A stretch of 64,000 nucleotides of DNA from contig CAWBPL010000002.1 in the NCBI GenBank assembly GCA_963790805.1, forward strand, positions 384,696-448,695, in the 5' to 3' direction. Shown one piece after another: positions 17,440 through 26,096 of the stretch. The notes under the pieces are model-generated. The model had not been told where the DNA came from. It searched no databases and worked only from the letters and a program-made list of their open reading frames with translations. Position numbers and translations under genes: made by a program. How positions within the stretch are numbered: the first letter of the stretch is position 1; every line of letters starts with the position of its first letter. Origin of the DNA: Candidatus Gottesmanbacteria bacterium. GTDB taxonomy: Bacteria > Patescibacteriota > Microgenomatia > UBA10105 > UBA927.

Positions 17440-17796
17440 ATGAATGTGCTCGCTGATGAAATAAGCGGTGTTGTCGGTACCATTACCATGCCCAATGGAT
17501 TTCAAAACGTCGATTCAACCTCCGGCGGTTTCGCCGTATTATTTAGTAATATTTTACGGCTGGTGTTTGTGGCTGCCGGCATCTTTGCATTTATCAACTT
17601 CATCATTGCAGGATTTGAATACATGAGCGCAGCCGGAGACAGCAAAAAGCTTTCCGCCGCACTGGATCGCATATGGTATTCGCTCTTAGGGCTTGTCGTA
17701 CTTGTGGGTTCATTTGCATTAACTGCGGTTGTTTCTCAGTTGTTTTTTGGTAACCCAACGTACATATTAAATCCGACGATTACGGGACCAAAATAA
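17440..17796 (+). CDS. VirB2/TrbC-like T4SS pilin-family protein
   Basis: Starts 1 nt after the previous stop. Core motif: AGFEYMSAAGDSKKLSAALDRIWYSLLGLVVLV. Confidence 0.7.
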   Translation: MNVLADEISGVVGTITMPNGFQNVDSTSGGFAVLFSNILRLVFVAAGIFAFINFIIAGFEYMSAAGDSKKLSAALDRIWYSLLGLVVLVGSFALTAVVSQLFFGNPTYILNPTITGPK

Positions 17797-17799
17797 TCT

Positions 17800-18183
17800 A
17801 TGATCTTAACTGACAATACTCTTCATTTAGGACCAATTGGCGGAAGCGGCTTGGGGCCATTTAGTACCATCGGAAGCTCTAACAATGGGTCGGCGGGTAT
17901 CACCGGCGTTGCTGATCTTGTCAGCTCCGTTATCGGAATTCTGACAGTCGTTGCAAGCGTCTGGTTTTTGTTAAATATTCTCTTCGGCGGATATGAATGG
18001 ATGTCAGCAGGCGGCGATTCCAAAAAAATCGGAGAGGCGCGCGATCACATTACCCATGCATTTATCGGACTTGTCATTGTTGTCGGTGCATGGGCGCTTA
18101 CCGCAACCGCTGGTCAATTCTTTGGCTTTAGCATATTGGATCCGGCAAAATTATTCGGGACCCTGCCTATCAACGGCAAATAA
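17800..18183 (+). CDS. VirB2/TrbC-like T4SS pilin-family protein
   Basis: Starts 3 nt after the previous stop. It has a Gly/Ser-rich N-domain. Core motif: GGYEWMSAGGDSKKIGEARDHITHAFIGLVIVV. Confidence 0.7.
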   Translation: MILTDNTLHLGPIGGSGLGPFSTIGSSNNGSAGITGVADLVSSVIGILTVVASVWFLLNILFGGYEWMSAGGDSKKIGEARDHITHAFIGLVIVVGAWALTATAGQFFGFSILDPAKLFGTLPINGK

Positions 18184-18184
18184 T

Positions 18185-18541
18185 ATGACCCATGTATTGG
18201 CACAGATCGTAAATCCTGTATTACCAAGTAGTATTGGAGGGAAAGGCTCATCAGGAGATCAGGGTGGCACAGCGCTGGGCCTGCTTGTCAGCAATGTTGT
18301 AGGCGGACTGTTTATCGCCGGATTTCTTCTCGCACTTGTTTTTTTGGTCATGGGAGGATTTACATGGATTACCTCCGGCGGAGATAAAACAAAACTCGAA
18401 AAAGCACGCGACGAAATCACAAATTCCCTCATTGGCATTGTTGTTGTAGCCGCAGCATGGGCTATTGCAACATTGGTTGCGAAATTCTTTGGCATGGATT
18501 TATCACATTTACCCATTCCTTCCATTCCGGGAGGAAACTAA
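18185..18541 (+). CDS. VirB2/TrbC-like T4SS pilin-family protein
   Basis: I use the in-frame ATG at 18185 (MTHVLAQI...), 1 nt after the previous stop. The ORF-track start at 17993 would overlap the preceding gene. Core motif: GGFTWITSGGDKTKLEKARDEITNSLIGIVVVA. Confidence 0.7.
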   Translation: MTHVLAQIVNPVLPSSIGGKGSSGDQGGTALGLLVSNVVGGLFIAGFLLALVFLVMGGFTWITSGGDKTKLEKARDEITNSLIGIVVVAAAWAIATLVAKFFGMDLSHLPIPSIPGGN

Positions 18542-18648
18542 AAATAACGAAGCTCAGAAATTATTCGGGGTTGACAAGGTAAAAACATTTGCGCGACAAT
18601 AACAACTAAGATATAATAAGCTATATTGTGACCGAAGGAGGATTCTCT

Positions 18649-18990
18649 ATGTTCCCACAAGTATTTGCTCAAAGTAATCCACAGATTACCATTAACCAAC
18701 CGTCAAACATCAAAATCGGTGATGTCGGCCAGCTTATCAGCGCTTTGGTGGGAACACTTCTTATTGTATCTGCACTTCTTGCATTCTTCTATCTTATTTT
18801 GGGAGGCATCTCGTGGATTACTTCAGGCGGCGATAAGGCAGCCATGGAAGCGGCCCGAAACAAAATCACGCATGCGATCGTCGGACTTATCATTGTGGGC
18901 GCCGCATGGGCTGTCATGATACTCGTTCAGAACTTCTTAGGCGTCACGATTATCGGCGGAACATTAAGCTTTCCGAAACCGTTTCAATAG
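18649..18990 (+). CDS. VirB2/TrbC-like T4SS pilin-family protein
   Basis: The ATG at 18649 (MFPQVFAQS...) is preceded by GGAGGA at 18637-18642. Core motif: GGISWITSGGDKAAMEAARNKITHAIVGLIIVG. A TATAAT hexamer lies at 18612-18617. Confidence 0.7.
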   Translation: MFPQVFAQSNPQITINQPSNIKIGDVGQLISALVGTLLIVSALLAFFYLILGGISWITSGGDKAAMEAARNKITHAIVGLIIVGAAWAVMILVQNFLGVTIIGGTLSFPKPFQ

Positions 18991-19022
18991 AGTGTACCCC
19001 GTTTCTTTACAGCGCTTCATAG

Positions 19023-19409
19023 GTGCGAGATAATACACGCATGATACTTACCCAACTTACTTCATTGTTTGTTGTACACGCCGCGGATGACTGGGGCGGA
19101 TGTTTACAGGGAAGCGGCACCGGCGCCCCTGACGTTGCGACGTTCACGTGTCTTGAGCCGCTTTTCAAAAACGTCATTCAAGCCATCATTGCGCTTGCGG
19201 GAGTCGCACTGTTTATCATGTTTTTGATCGGCGGGTTTAGTTTTCTTTTTTCCGGCGGCGATCCGAAAAAACTTGAGTCAGCACGAGGCACCATTACCAA
19301 TGCCATTATCGGTCTTATCGTCATCGTTGCCGCATACATCATACTTCGCATTATCGAGGTATTTACGGGGGTGCCTGTTACTAAATTTGGCGTTACCATA
19401 CCGCAGTAA
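19023..19409 (+). CDS. VirB2/TrbC-like T4SS pilin-family protein with Sec-type signal peptide
   Basis: The start is GTG 19023, or ATG 19041. The signal-like N-terminus is MRDNTRMILTQLTSLFVVHA|ADD, and the N-domain holds two Cys. Core motif: GGFSFLFSGGDPKKLESARGTITNAIIGLIVIV. Confidence 0.65.
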   Translation: MRDNTRMILTQLTSLFVVHAADDWGGCLQGSGTGAPDVATFTCLEPLFKNVIQAIIALAGVALFIMFLIGGFSFLFSGGDPKKLESARGTITNAIIGLIVIVAAYIILRIIEVFTGVPVTKFGVTIPQ

Positions 19410-19436
19410 TCCATCATTGACTGCACTCTTTTTTTA

Positions 19437-20942
19437 TTGGACAATAGAAATGTGAAGCGCATATCGTGGTTTATCCAAATAGCACTTGCTGTCTTTCTTT
19501 TCCTCCTCATACCGGCGAGCCGGAATCTATTTATTTACGGTAATTCTTCCGTCTTGGCGGCTCCAGCTCCTTATCTAGAACAGAACTACGCCACAGATAC
19601 GGATAATGCAATCAAAAATCAGCAGGTAAGCCTTACTCCCATTACCGAACAAACCAGTTTTGTCGACATGCACTGGTTAACATGTCACATCATTACCTAT
19701 TATTACAACGGCCCGTATACCTGTACGCAGGACGAAACAATATATAAAACGTCAATGAAATCAAGTGCACTGGGCAACATCGCCATGGGCATAAATACCA
19801 TGTACGAAAATCCGCCGGCGGACCTCGCGTATTGGGTGCAGGACACTGCGCAATCACTTGGCATTGCGCCAAGACAGGTATACGCGCAGGGTATCGGATT
19901 TACGGGTCTTGCCCCTTTATTACCGGTATGGAAGGCGTTTCGCAATATCGCCTATCTTGTTTTAGCCCTTGCGATGATAGTAATCGGATTTATGGTTATG
20001 TTGCGCAAAAAAATCGATCCGAAAACCGTGGTTACCGTACAAAACTCAATTCCGCGCATTGTTATCGCTCTTATTCTTATCACATTTTCCTATGCAATCG
20101 TCGGGCTGTTTATCGATGTGATGTATCTTCTGATGGGGTTTTTATCAATAGTCGTCCAGGGGGCACTACCCAATACAACCCTCGGAAAGTCTCTTATACC
20201 CATAAATTTTTCTAATCCGGGATTTGTTGACCTTATTCGTGCTGTTCTTACCCCTGCCGGCGAAATGAGTCCTTCAACCTCAATGATTAATGATTTTTAT
20301 CACGGAGACGTATTGGGAGGGCTTTTAAACATGATTGGTACCGGGATATTTTATGGTACTGGGATCGGTTTCATATTTATGTTTATTATTACGATCGCGT
20401 ATTTAATCGCATTTATCCGCATACTTATGATGCTTCTTAACAGCTACGTTCAGATTCTCTTAGCGGTTTTGACCGGCCCGCTTCAAATTCTTGTCGACGT
20501 ATTTCCCGGAGCCGACGGATTTACATCATGGGTAAAAAATCTTGCGGCGAACCTCATCGTTTTTCCGGTTACCGCGCTTCTTCTTATGGTTGCTGATGTC
20601 ATTACACAATACACCGGCAGTCAGACGCTGTGGACTCCGCCGTTTTTGCCGCAAACCATTTATTCCGGCACGTTACCGGTCGTCGGCAATGTGACGGTTG
20701 GCGGTATGGGCGGGCTCGCTGAGGGAATTATTGCTCTTGGCATCGTCCTTGCAATCCCCAGTATCGTCAACGGCATAAAGGAAGCGCTCAAAGCCAAGCC
20801 GCTTATCAGCAGTGGTCTTGACGTGGTCGGCGGACAGGTGAAGGGAGCCTTCCCGATTGCTCTCCAGCTCGGTGGCATGGCGCTACAACATCAGCAAATG
20901 AGTCAATTCGGTAAAATGCTGGGACAGGGAAAAGAAGAATAA
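19437..20942 (+). CDS. Polytopic membrane protein, candidate VirB6/TrbL-like T4SS channel component
   Basis: The 501-aa product has an N-terminal signal/TM, an exposed domain of about 130 aa, and then at least 6 hydrophobic helices. It lies immediately downstream of the pilin array. The call rests on topology and context only. Confidence 0.4.
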   Translation: MDNRNVKRISWFIQIALAVFLFLLIPASRNLFIYGNSSVLAAPAPYLEQNYATDTDNAIKNQQVSLTPITEQTSFVDMHWLTCHIITYYYNGPYTCTQDETIYKTSMKSSALGNIAMGINTMYENPPADLAYWVQDTAQSLGIAPRQVYAQGIGFTGLAPLLPVWKAFRNIAYLVLALAMIVIGFMVMLRKKIDPKTVVTVQNSIPRIVIALILITFSYAIVGLFIDVMYLLMGFLSIVVQGALPNTTLGKSLIPINFSNPGFVDLIRAVLTPAGEMSPSTSMINDFYHGDVLGGLLNMIGTGIFYGTGIGFIFMFIITIAYLIAFIRILMMLLNSYVQILLAVLTGPLQILVDVFPGADGFTSWVKNLAANLIVFPVTALLLMVADVITQYTGSQTLWTPPFLPQTIYSGTLPVVGNVTVGGMGGLAEGIIALGIVLAIPSIVNGIKEALKAKPLISSGLDVVGGQVKGAFPIALQLGGMALQHQQMSQFGKMLGQGKEE

Positions 20943-20968
20943 GTACCGTGATATTTGAATGAAACTTC

Positions 20969-23900
20969 TTACTCTTTGTGCTCTTCACCACCCATTCCGG
21001 AAACGATAGTACCCCCAACAATAATAATCGTTCCGTACACTGCAATATTTGATCCGGTAAAGCTCCACACGCCGCTTGGCGCCCGAAGATTCAAACCCTC
21101 GACAAACCGTGAAAACCGTTCGTGTGCAGGAACGTTCTGCATAAATACGCGGCCGATGGTGTTATTAAAGATATTCTCAAAAAAACGTGTCCTGTGTGTA
21201 TATGTCTGTCTCTTATGGGCAAACAGATTCGGTAACACTCTGTGAATCAATTTTGACCGGCGGCTGTCTGGAGGAAGCCTATCAGCTGCGCTTCGGATAG
21301 CTTTTGCCACAGGGTTTTCTTTGTGTGCTCGATAACTGCGACGACGCATTGTTAAAATATTTCTCCAGTTTGAAATACCGGTTTGCGATTCAGTTGCCTC
21401 AAAGGTGGCGGGTGCGCGGTGACTGAGCGCTCCTCTTGTTGCCTGAATCTTATCCACAAATCCGTGCCGCTCATCTACCGTCCACGATGGTGAATGGGTT
21501 GAATTCGTCGCCTTTCTCAACCGAGAACTCAAATTAAGCCACTTAAACCACCGCCACGTTCTGGTTTTTGCAGCGTCCAGATATCCCGAAAGCGCTCCGC
21601 AGGTAGAAACACCCGCATCTGTTTCGGAATTGTAGCCGAAAAATGTTGAATCCATCGTAACCATTGATTTCATCGCCGCTTCAGGATCGGCTTCCATAGT
21701 GCCCATAAAGTTTGTTATCTGGTCTTTTATACAGAGCCGGAAATCATGCATGCCGGTTACCCACAAACCCGTACGCCCCCGCCCGCGATCGGAAATCGCG
21801 CGGGATGCCGCTATATTGTCTTTTGCTTTCATCATAAGCGCGGCTGTCTCCGCATCCGCCTCTTCAGCAAAAATACTCATAAGATTTGTTTTTTCGACCT
21901 GCGTTAAAGGAATATCGTCGGTCCACAAAACGGATGAAAATTGATGCGCATATTTAACATCAAGAAAATCATCTATATGGGTAGAAACGTCTGTATAATA
22001 TCCTTTCATTGATGCTAAAAACTCATCGGGTTTCATGGGCGCTGCATCTGCCAACTTATCAAAAACATGCCGGAAGACGTCCTGCTGCATCGGTGTCCAC
22101 TGATTAATCTCCTGTGCGTTACTGGCAAGTCCGTAATGTATGGGCAACTCTCCGCGCATTTGAAGCTCATGATTAATAAGGTGAAAAAGGCGTACAGAAT
22201 CGTTGAGCTTCTTTTCTTCTGCGGCAGTAAGGCGCATTTCGGGATGATAATATTTTGTCTCAACGGCATGGCGCGCGCGGTACAACATGTGGGGGTGCGT
22301 TTTGGCTGCTGCTTTAAGTTCGTTGGTAAAGCCTTTGTCCCCAATTGCATCGTGACGCTCAATTTTCGGATTAAAGTAAGATTCGGCAGCTCCATATAAT
22401 CTTCCGCCCACCATAATCCCGTTTTCCGGATTTCCGTTGTCATCCAAACCTAAAGGGGAAACGAAATTGTGTTCAAATGCGGGAGCATATCTCGGATGCA
22501 GTCTTACCGCCCGCAGAACAGCGTTGCGCCGGACACCGCTTTTCCAGAAACCGTAAAAATTGATCGCATCGCGCTGGGCAAAATCACCCCCAATGTCTAC
22601 CAACACATAATGAAGAAGATTGTCACGGTCATCCTTAAATAAATGCATGCCTCTTGGGGGATCTTTATCGATTGTCGCAAAAAAACGAGCATATTCGGCG
22701 TCTGATCCGTTCGGAGCCAAATTCATCTTATGGTGATAATCTGCAAATATGCTCTTGAGCTCAAGAAACGTCGAATATTCATCAATTTTCGGCTTTAATT
22801 CAACAGGGACCGAATCAAACGAAGCGTTGGGATTTAATTCAAGAAACCTTTTAACATCAGCAAAATACCCCTTGTGATTTGCATGCTCCCATTCCTCCAT
22901 ATGAAGCCAGTCGTGACCATAACCGTTTTGTCCGTGTATTTTGTCATATAAAATATTCGTCCTCTCCATTCCCCAATCAAATAACTTATCGTCTTTTTCA
23001 ATATACATAAGGCAGCGGCCCTGCCAGATGGTCCGTGCATGGTCGGTCCAGTTGCGCCATTTGCGCAAAAACATATCGCGTACGCGATCGGCAAATCCTT
23101 CGCGGTCAACCCATGTTGCTCCTGCAAACGAGGTTATGTCGCCGACATCCTCACCTGCTATCGGCGTCGCGGCAAATGTATACGTATCCTCCTGCTGTTC
23201 AAAGCGGAGCATATACAGCGCTTCCGCGTACACACCGATGGACTTACACGTCTCCTCGCTATCAAGGCTCGTAATTTTGTTAATTTCTTGGAACATTTCA
23301 TCCACTGAAGGAGAGCCCTCACCAACAATATCTCTCATCTCTTCTAATTGCTGCCTTAGGTGTTTTGCATAATCCTCTTGATGTAAAGCGCGCTCTTCGT
23401 GCAGTTCTCTAACAGCCTCTTGCGTCGCCTGATGCCGCAATTCTGCGCTTGACCGGTGCGCTATACCCATACTCGGATGGTTGAGAAGTTCAATGTGATG
23501 CTCGCGGATTTTTTGCATCATAAGATCTCCGAGTTCTCCGTAATGGGCTCCTCCGCCAAAAACACCGCGATCTCCCAGAGATTCAACCATCTGCATCAAT
23601 CGTGTGTCATCCGCATAGCTGTCGCCGTGATTGAGTGCAACCACCAAATCAAGCGATCGGGCCCGGGAATGATAAATGTTCAGGGTTTCTGCTTTTTGGT
23701 TAATATACAACTGGCGATTATGGTAGACCCTGTCAAACGTTTCTTGACTGGTGGCTCTGTCAACCAAGACTTCCAAGCTTAATCCGTCTCCACCAACCAT
23801 CTTGTCGTAGGAATCCGACGTATACCAGTCAACGAGAAGCTTAAACCGCTGAAGCTTATCCTGAAAAACGTCGGATTCGTATCCGTATTCATAAATCATC

Positions 23901-25030
23901 TGCTCAAGAGAGCGTGAATACATTTCAAAAAACAATATGGGGTTTCGCACAAGCGCTTCTGTCTCGATTCTGTCAAGATAAATGCTGCTGTGTTGCTGAC
24001 CGAGCTCCGCAAGTTTTGATTCGTATTCATACAGTCGGGACCGAAACTCCCGAAGTACCTTCGCGCCATCCCCTCCAATCTCTAAAACACCTGTTTTATT
24101 ATTTCGCTTGGTAAGCCATCTGTTAATTGCATCCTCCGCGACACGGGCGGTATGTCCGCTTTCTATCTTGTCTGATCCAACCAGCTGACGAATATCATCA
24201 AGTGCATCTTTCAATTTGCCTGAACCAGCTGTCGGTATATCAACACTCCCTGCATTTCTATATTCTCCTGCGGAGGCCGGCCGGCTATATTTTTCCTGCA
24301 CAAACGTTACCATTCTTCTGTCTTCAAGGCTTCGCGCGTATTTTAACTCCAGAAGACCGACATCCTCACCGCCAAGCGACGTCATGGTCGCCTGACTGAA
24401 CATTTTTTTCTGTGATTCTGAAAATCCCAACTCATTTAGTCTGGCACGGATATGGCGCGTCGTTTCTTGCATGATGAGCATGCGCTCCGCCCGTCCTTCA
24501 GGGGTCAGTGCTGAAGAATCGGAAAGTGCGTAGCGCATAAGTTCACGCTCAAGCACGTACGGATCTTCCCTGAGGCGCTCGGGAATAAGCGCGAGGCGGC
24601 TGACAAATTCAGCAGCTTTCGGATCATTCTGTATTCTGTCACCCATGTTTTTCAACCACGGCGGCGCGTGGCCCTCCCGCGTGCGCACCATATTCATGGA
24701 TGTATCAAGCACTTTCTTTGCGTCTGTTATGTTGGCGGCAGTCAGCTGTGCGTCGGGATTTTTTAAATTTTTGAGTGCTGCGGTTTGCTTGGCTTTTTCA
24801 GATGAACCTGCATCCTTCACCCAGTCTTTTGAAGAATTAAGAAACCTGTCCTGATGCGCCTGATCTCCGACAATCTTATCTATCCCCTCCTGAAAGGTTA
24901 CTTTCTGCGTTTTTTCCAGACGGGTTGCGGCTTTTCGAAACGCCTTACCTGTTTCGGCTGTCCGAATGGCAGCCGATTGCGCAAGATTATAAAGAAACTT
25001 GCCTAATTCCTGGCCTTGCTCTAATCCCAT
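20969..25030 (-). CDS. Very large (1353 aa) protein of unknown function with a single extreme C-terminal TM helix
   Basis: The ORF is uninterrupted for 4062 nt. The sequence is mostly helical and charged, with no signal peptide and no motif I recognise. The C-terminus is IAVYGTIIIVGGTIVSGMGGEEHKE, a tail-anchor-like arrangement. Confidence 0.6.
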   Translation of the reverse strand: MGLEQGQELGKFLYNLAQSAAIRTAETGKAFRKAATRLEKTQKVTFQEGIDKIVGDQAHQDRFLNSSKDWVKDAGSSEKAKQTAALKNLKNPDAQLTAANITDAKKVLDTSMNMVRTREGHAPPWLKNMGDRIQNDPKAAEFVSRLALIPERLREDPYVLERELMRYALSDSSALTPEGRAERMLIMQETTRHIRARLNELGFSESQKKMFSQATMTSLGGEDVGLLELKYARSLEDRRMVTFVQEKYSRPASAGEYRNAGSVDIPTAGSGKLKDALDDIRQLVGSDKIESGHTARVAEDAINRWLTKRNNKTGVLEIGGDGAKVLREFRSRLYEYESKLAELGQQHSSIYLDRIETEALVRNPILFFEMYSRSLEQMIYEYGYESDVFQDKLQRFKLLVDWYTSDSYDKMVGGDGLSLEVLVDRATSQETFDRVYHNRQLYINQKAETLNIYHSRARSLDLVVALNHGDSYADDTRLMQMVESLGDRGVFGGGAHYGELGDLMMQKIREHHIELLNHPSMGIAHRSSAELRHQATQEAVRELHEERALHQEDYAKHLRQQLEEMRDIVGEGSPSVDEMFQEINKITSLDSEETCKSIGVYAEALYMLRFEQQEDTYTFAATPIAGEDVGDITSFAGATWVDREGFADRVRDMFLRKWRNWTDHARTIWQGRCLMYIEKDDKLFDWGMERTNILYDKIHGQNGYGHDWLHMEEWEHANHKGYFADVKRFLELNPNASFDSVPVELKPKIDEYSTFLELKSIFADYHHKMNLAPNGSDAEYARFFATIDKDPPRGMHLFKDDRDNLLHYVLVDIGGDFAQRDAINFYGFWKSGVRRNAVLRAVRLHPRYAPAFEHNFVSPLGLDDNGNPENGIMVGGRLYGAAESYFNPKIERHDAIGDKGFTNELKAAAKTHPHMLYRARHAVETKYYHPEMRLTAAEEKKLNDSVRLFHLINHELQMRGELPIHYGLASNAQEINQWTPMQQDVFRHVFDKLADAAPMKPDEFLASMKGYYTDVSTHIDDFLDVKYAHQFSSVLWTDDIPLTQVEKTNLMSIFAEEADAETAALMMKAKDNIAASRAISDRGRGRTGLWVTGMHDFRLCIKDQITNFMGTMEADPEAAMKSMVTMDSTFFGYNSETDAGVSTCGALSGYLDAAKTRTWRWFKWLNLSSRLRKATNSTHSPSWTVDERHGFVDKIQATRGALSHRAPATFEATESQTGISNWRNILTMRRRSYRAHKENPVAKAIRSAADRLPPDSRRSKLIHRVLPNLFAHKRQTYTHRTRFFENIFNNTIGRVFMQNVPAHERFSRFVEGLNLRAPSGVWSFTGSNIAVYGTIIIVGGTIVSGMGGEEHKE

Positions 25031-25081
25031 ATTATATTTATGCCTTTCTATTGCTCTTTTTAATTATAACATCCCAATAAA

Positions 25082-25648
25082 TCAAAGTGAACCAGACTGA
25101 TACAGCTGGTGTTGCTGTATATATTCGGCAATCGCCGCCGGCACAAATTGATCAATAGGCAATCCTTTGGCAACCCTATCGCGAATTTTGGTGGACGAAA
25201 TGGTGCTTTTGATCAAGAGTTCATGAGAAATAATTTTCATTCCGGGTCGAAGAGGTTCGCAGGGAAATCCTTCGCGCGGAAATATATAAAACGGCATGGC
25301 GGCAAGAAGTTTTTCCCACCCTAACCACGTATGAAATAGCGCAAGCAGATCGCTCCCGAGAATAAAAGAATATGTATGTTCTTTTGGTAAAAACGGCAAC
25401 AGATGCACAGTTTCTCCGTCCAGCTTGTTATCTATCTCAAGCGTCGAGACGCGGGTTTTGGGCAATTCCAACAGATTGGCCATTGCAAGCCTGTCGGCCG
25501 CCGGCGCCACGTCTTTTGCAGGACTCTGGCCGTAATTCGGAACAAACCAGACTTCTTCGGCATCAGTAAAATCCAATACCTGCTGGGCAATCATGAGATG
25601 TCCTGTATGCGGCGGATTAAAGGCGCCACCAAGTAAAGCTATGTTCAT
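25082..25648 (-). CDS. nadD: Nicotinate-nucleotide adenylyltransferase
   Basis: The N-terminus MNIALLGGAFNPPHTGHL carries the (H/T)xGH nucleotidyltransferase motif, and ISSTKIR lies near the C-terminus. Confidence 0.9.
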   Translation of the reverse strand: MNIALLGGAFNPPHTGHLMIAQQVLDFTDAEEVWFVPNYGQSPAKDVAPAADRLAMANLLELPKTRVSTLEIDNKLDGETVHLLPFLPKEHTYSFILGSDLLALFHTWLGWEKLLAAMPFYIFPREGFPCEPLRPGMKIISHELLIKSTISSTKIRDRVAKGLPIDQFVPAAIAEYIQQHQLYQSGSL

Positions 25649-25699
25649 AAAATTCTAAATCCTAAATTCTAAATCTAAAATAAATTCAAATATCAAAAA

Positions 25700-26071
25700 T
25701 CAAACACTACTCTTCTTTTGTTTTTCTACTATTGATCCGAATATTTTAGTTAATTCGAGCGCTTCCTGAATAAGAATTTCTTGCTCAGACAACATTTCTT
25801 CTTTTACTATACACAGCCTCAGCCACAATCGGCTTTCTTTACTTTCTTTCCGGCATATCTTAACTCGATGGAAAAAATCTTTTTGACTTATTGCTTCATT
25901 TGCTTCTATGTAATTTGCCGCCTGCGATCCTGATGATCGAATCAATTGCTCCCCATATTCAATGTTTGCTTGTGTTTTTGAGAGTTTACCAATAAAATCA
26001 CGACATCGTTTTGCAAACGCAAATGTCCGATCTTCTAGATCGTATTGTTTTGAATTTTTGATTTGTTCCAT
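25700..26071 (-). CDS. Four-helix-bundle protein (23S rRNA intervening-sequence protein family)
   Basis: The 123-aa product carries RTFAFAKRCRDFIGKL...QLIRSSGSQAANYIEANEA.S.KDF..RVKICRKESKESRLWL, characteristic of this family. Confidence 0.8.
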   Translation of the reverse strand: MEQIKNSKQYDLEDRTFAFAKRCRDFIGKLSKTQANIEYGEQLIRSSGSQAANYIEANEAISQKDFFHRVKICRKESKESRLWLRLCIVKEEMLSEQEILIQEALELTKIFGSIVEKQKKSSV

Positions 26072-26096
26072 TTGTTCATTATTTTGATTTTTGTGC

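Noticed and set aside
21699-24854. Numerous 60-143 aa ORFs on both strands inside 20969-25030
   Set aside because: All are nested in a single uninterrupted 4062-nt ORF. None has independent motif or spacing support.
25650-25690. Heptamer repeat run (taaattc/taaatcc…), considered as a possible CRISPR or tandem-repeat locus
   Set aside because: The units are only 5-7 nt, degenerate and without spacers. I saw no regularly spaced 25-40 nt repeats and no cas genes anywhere in the window, so this is a low-complexity AT-rich intergenic sequence.
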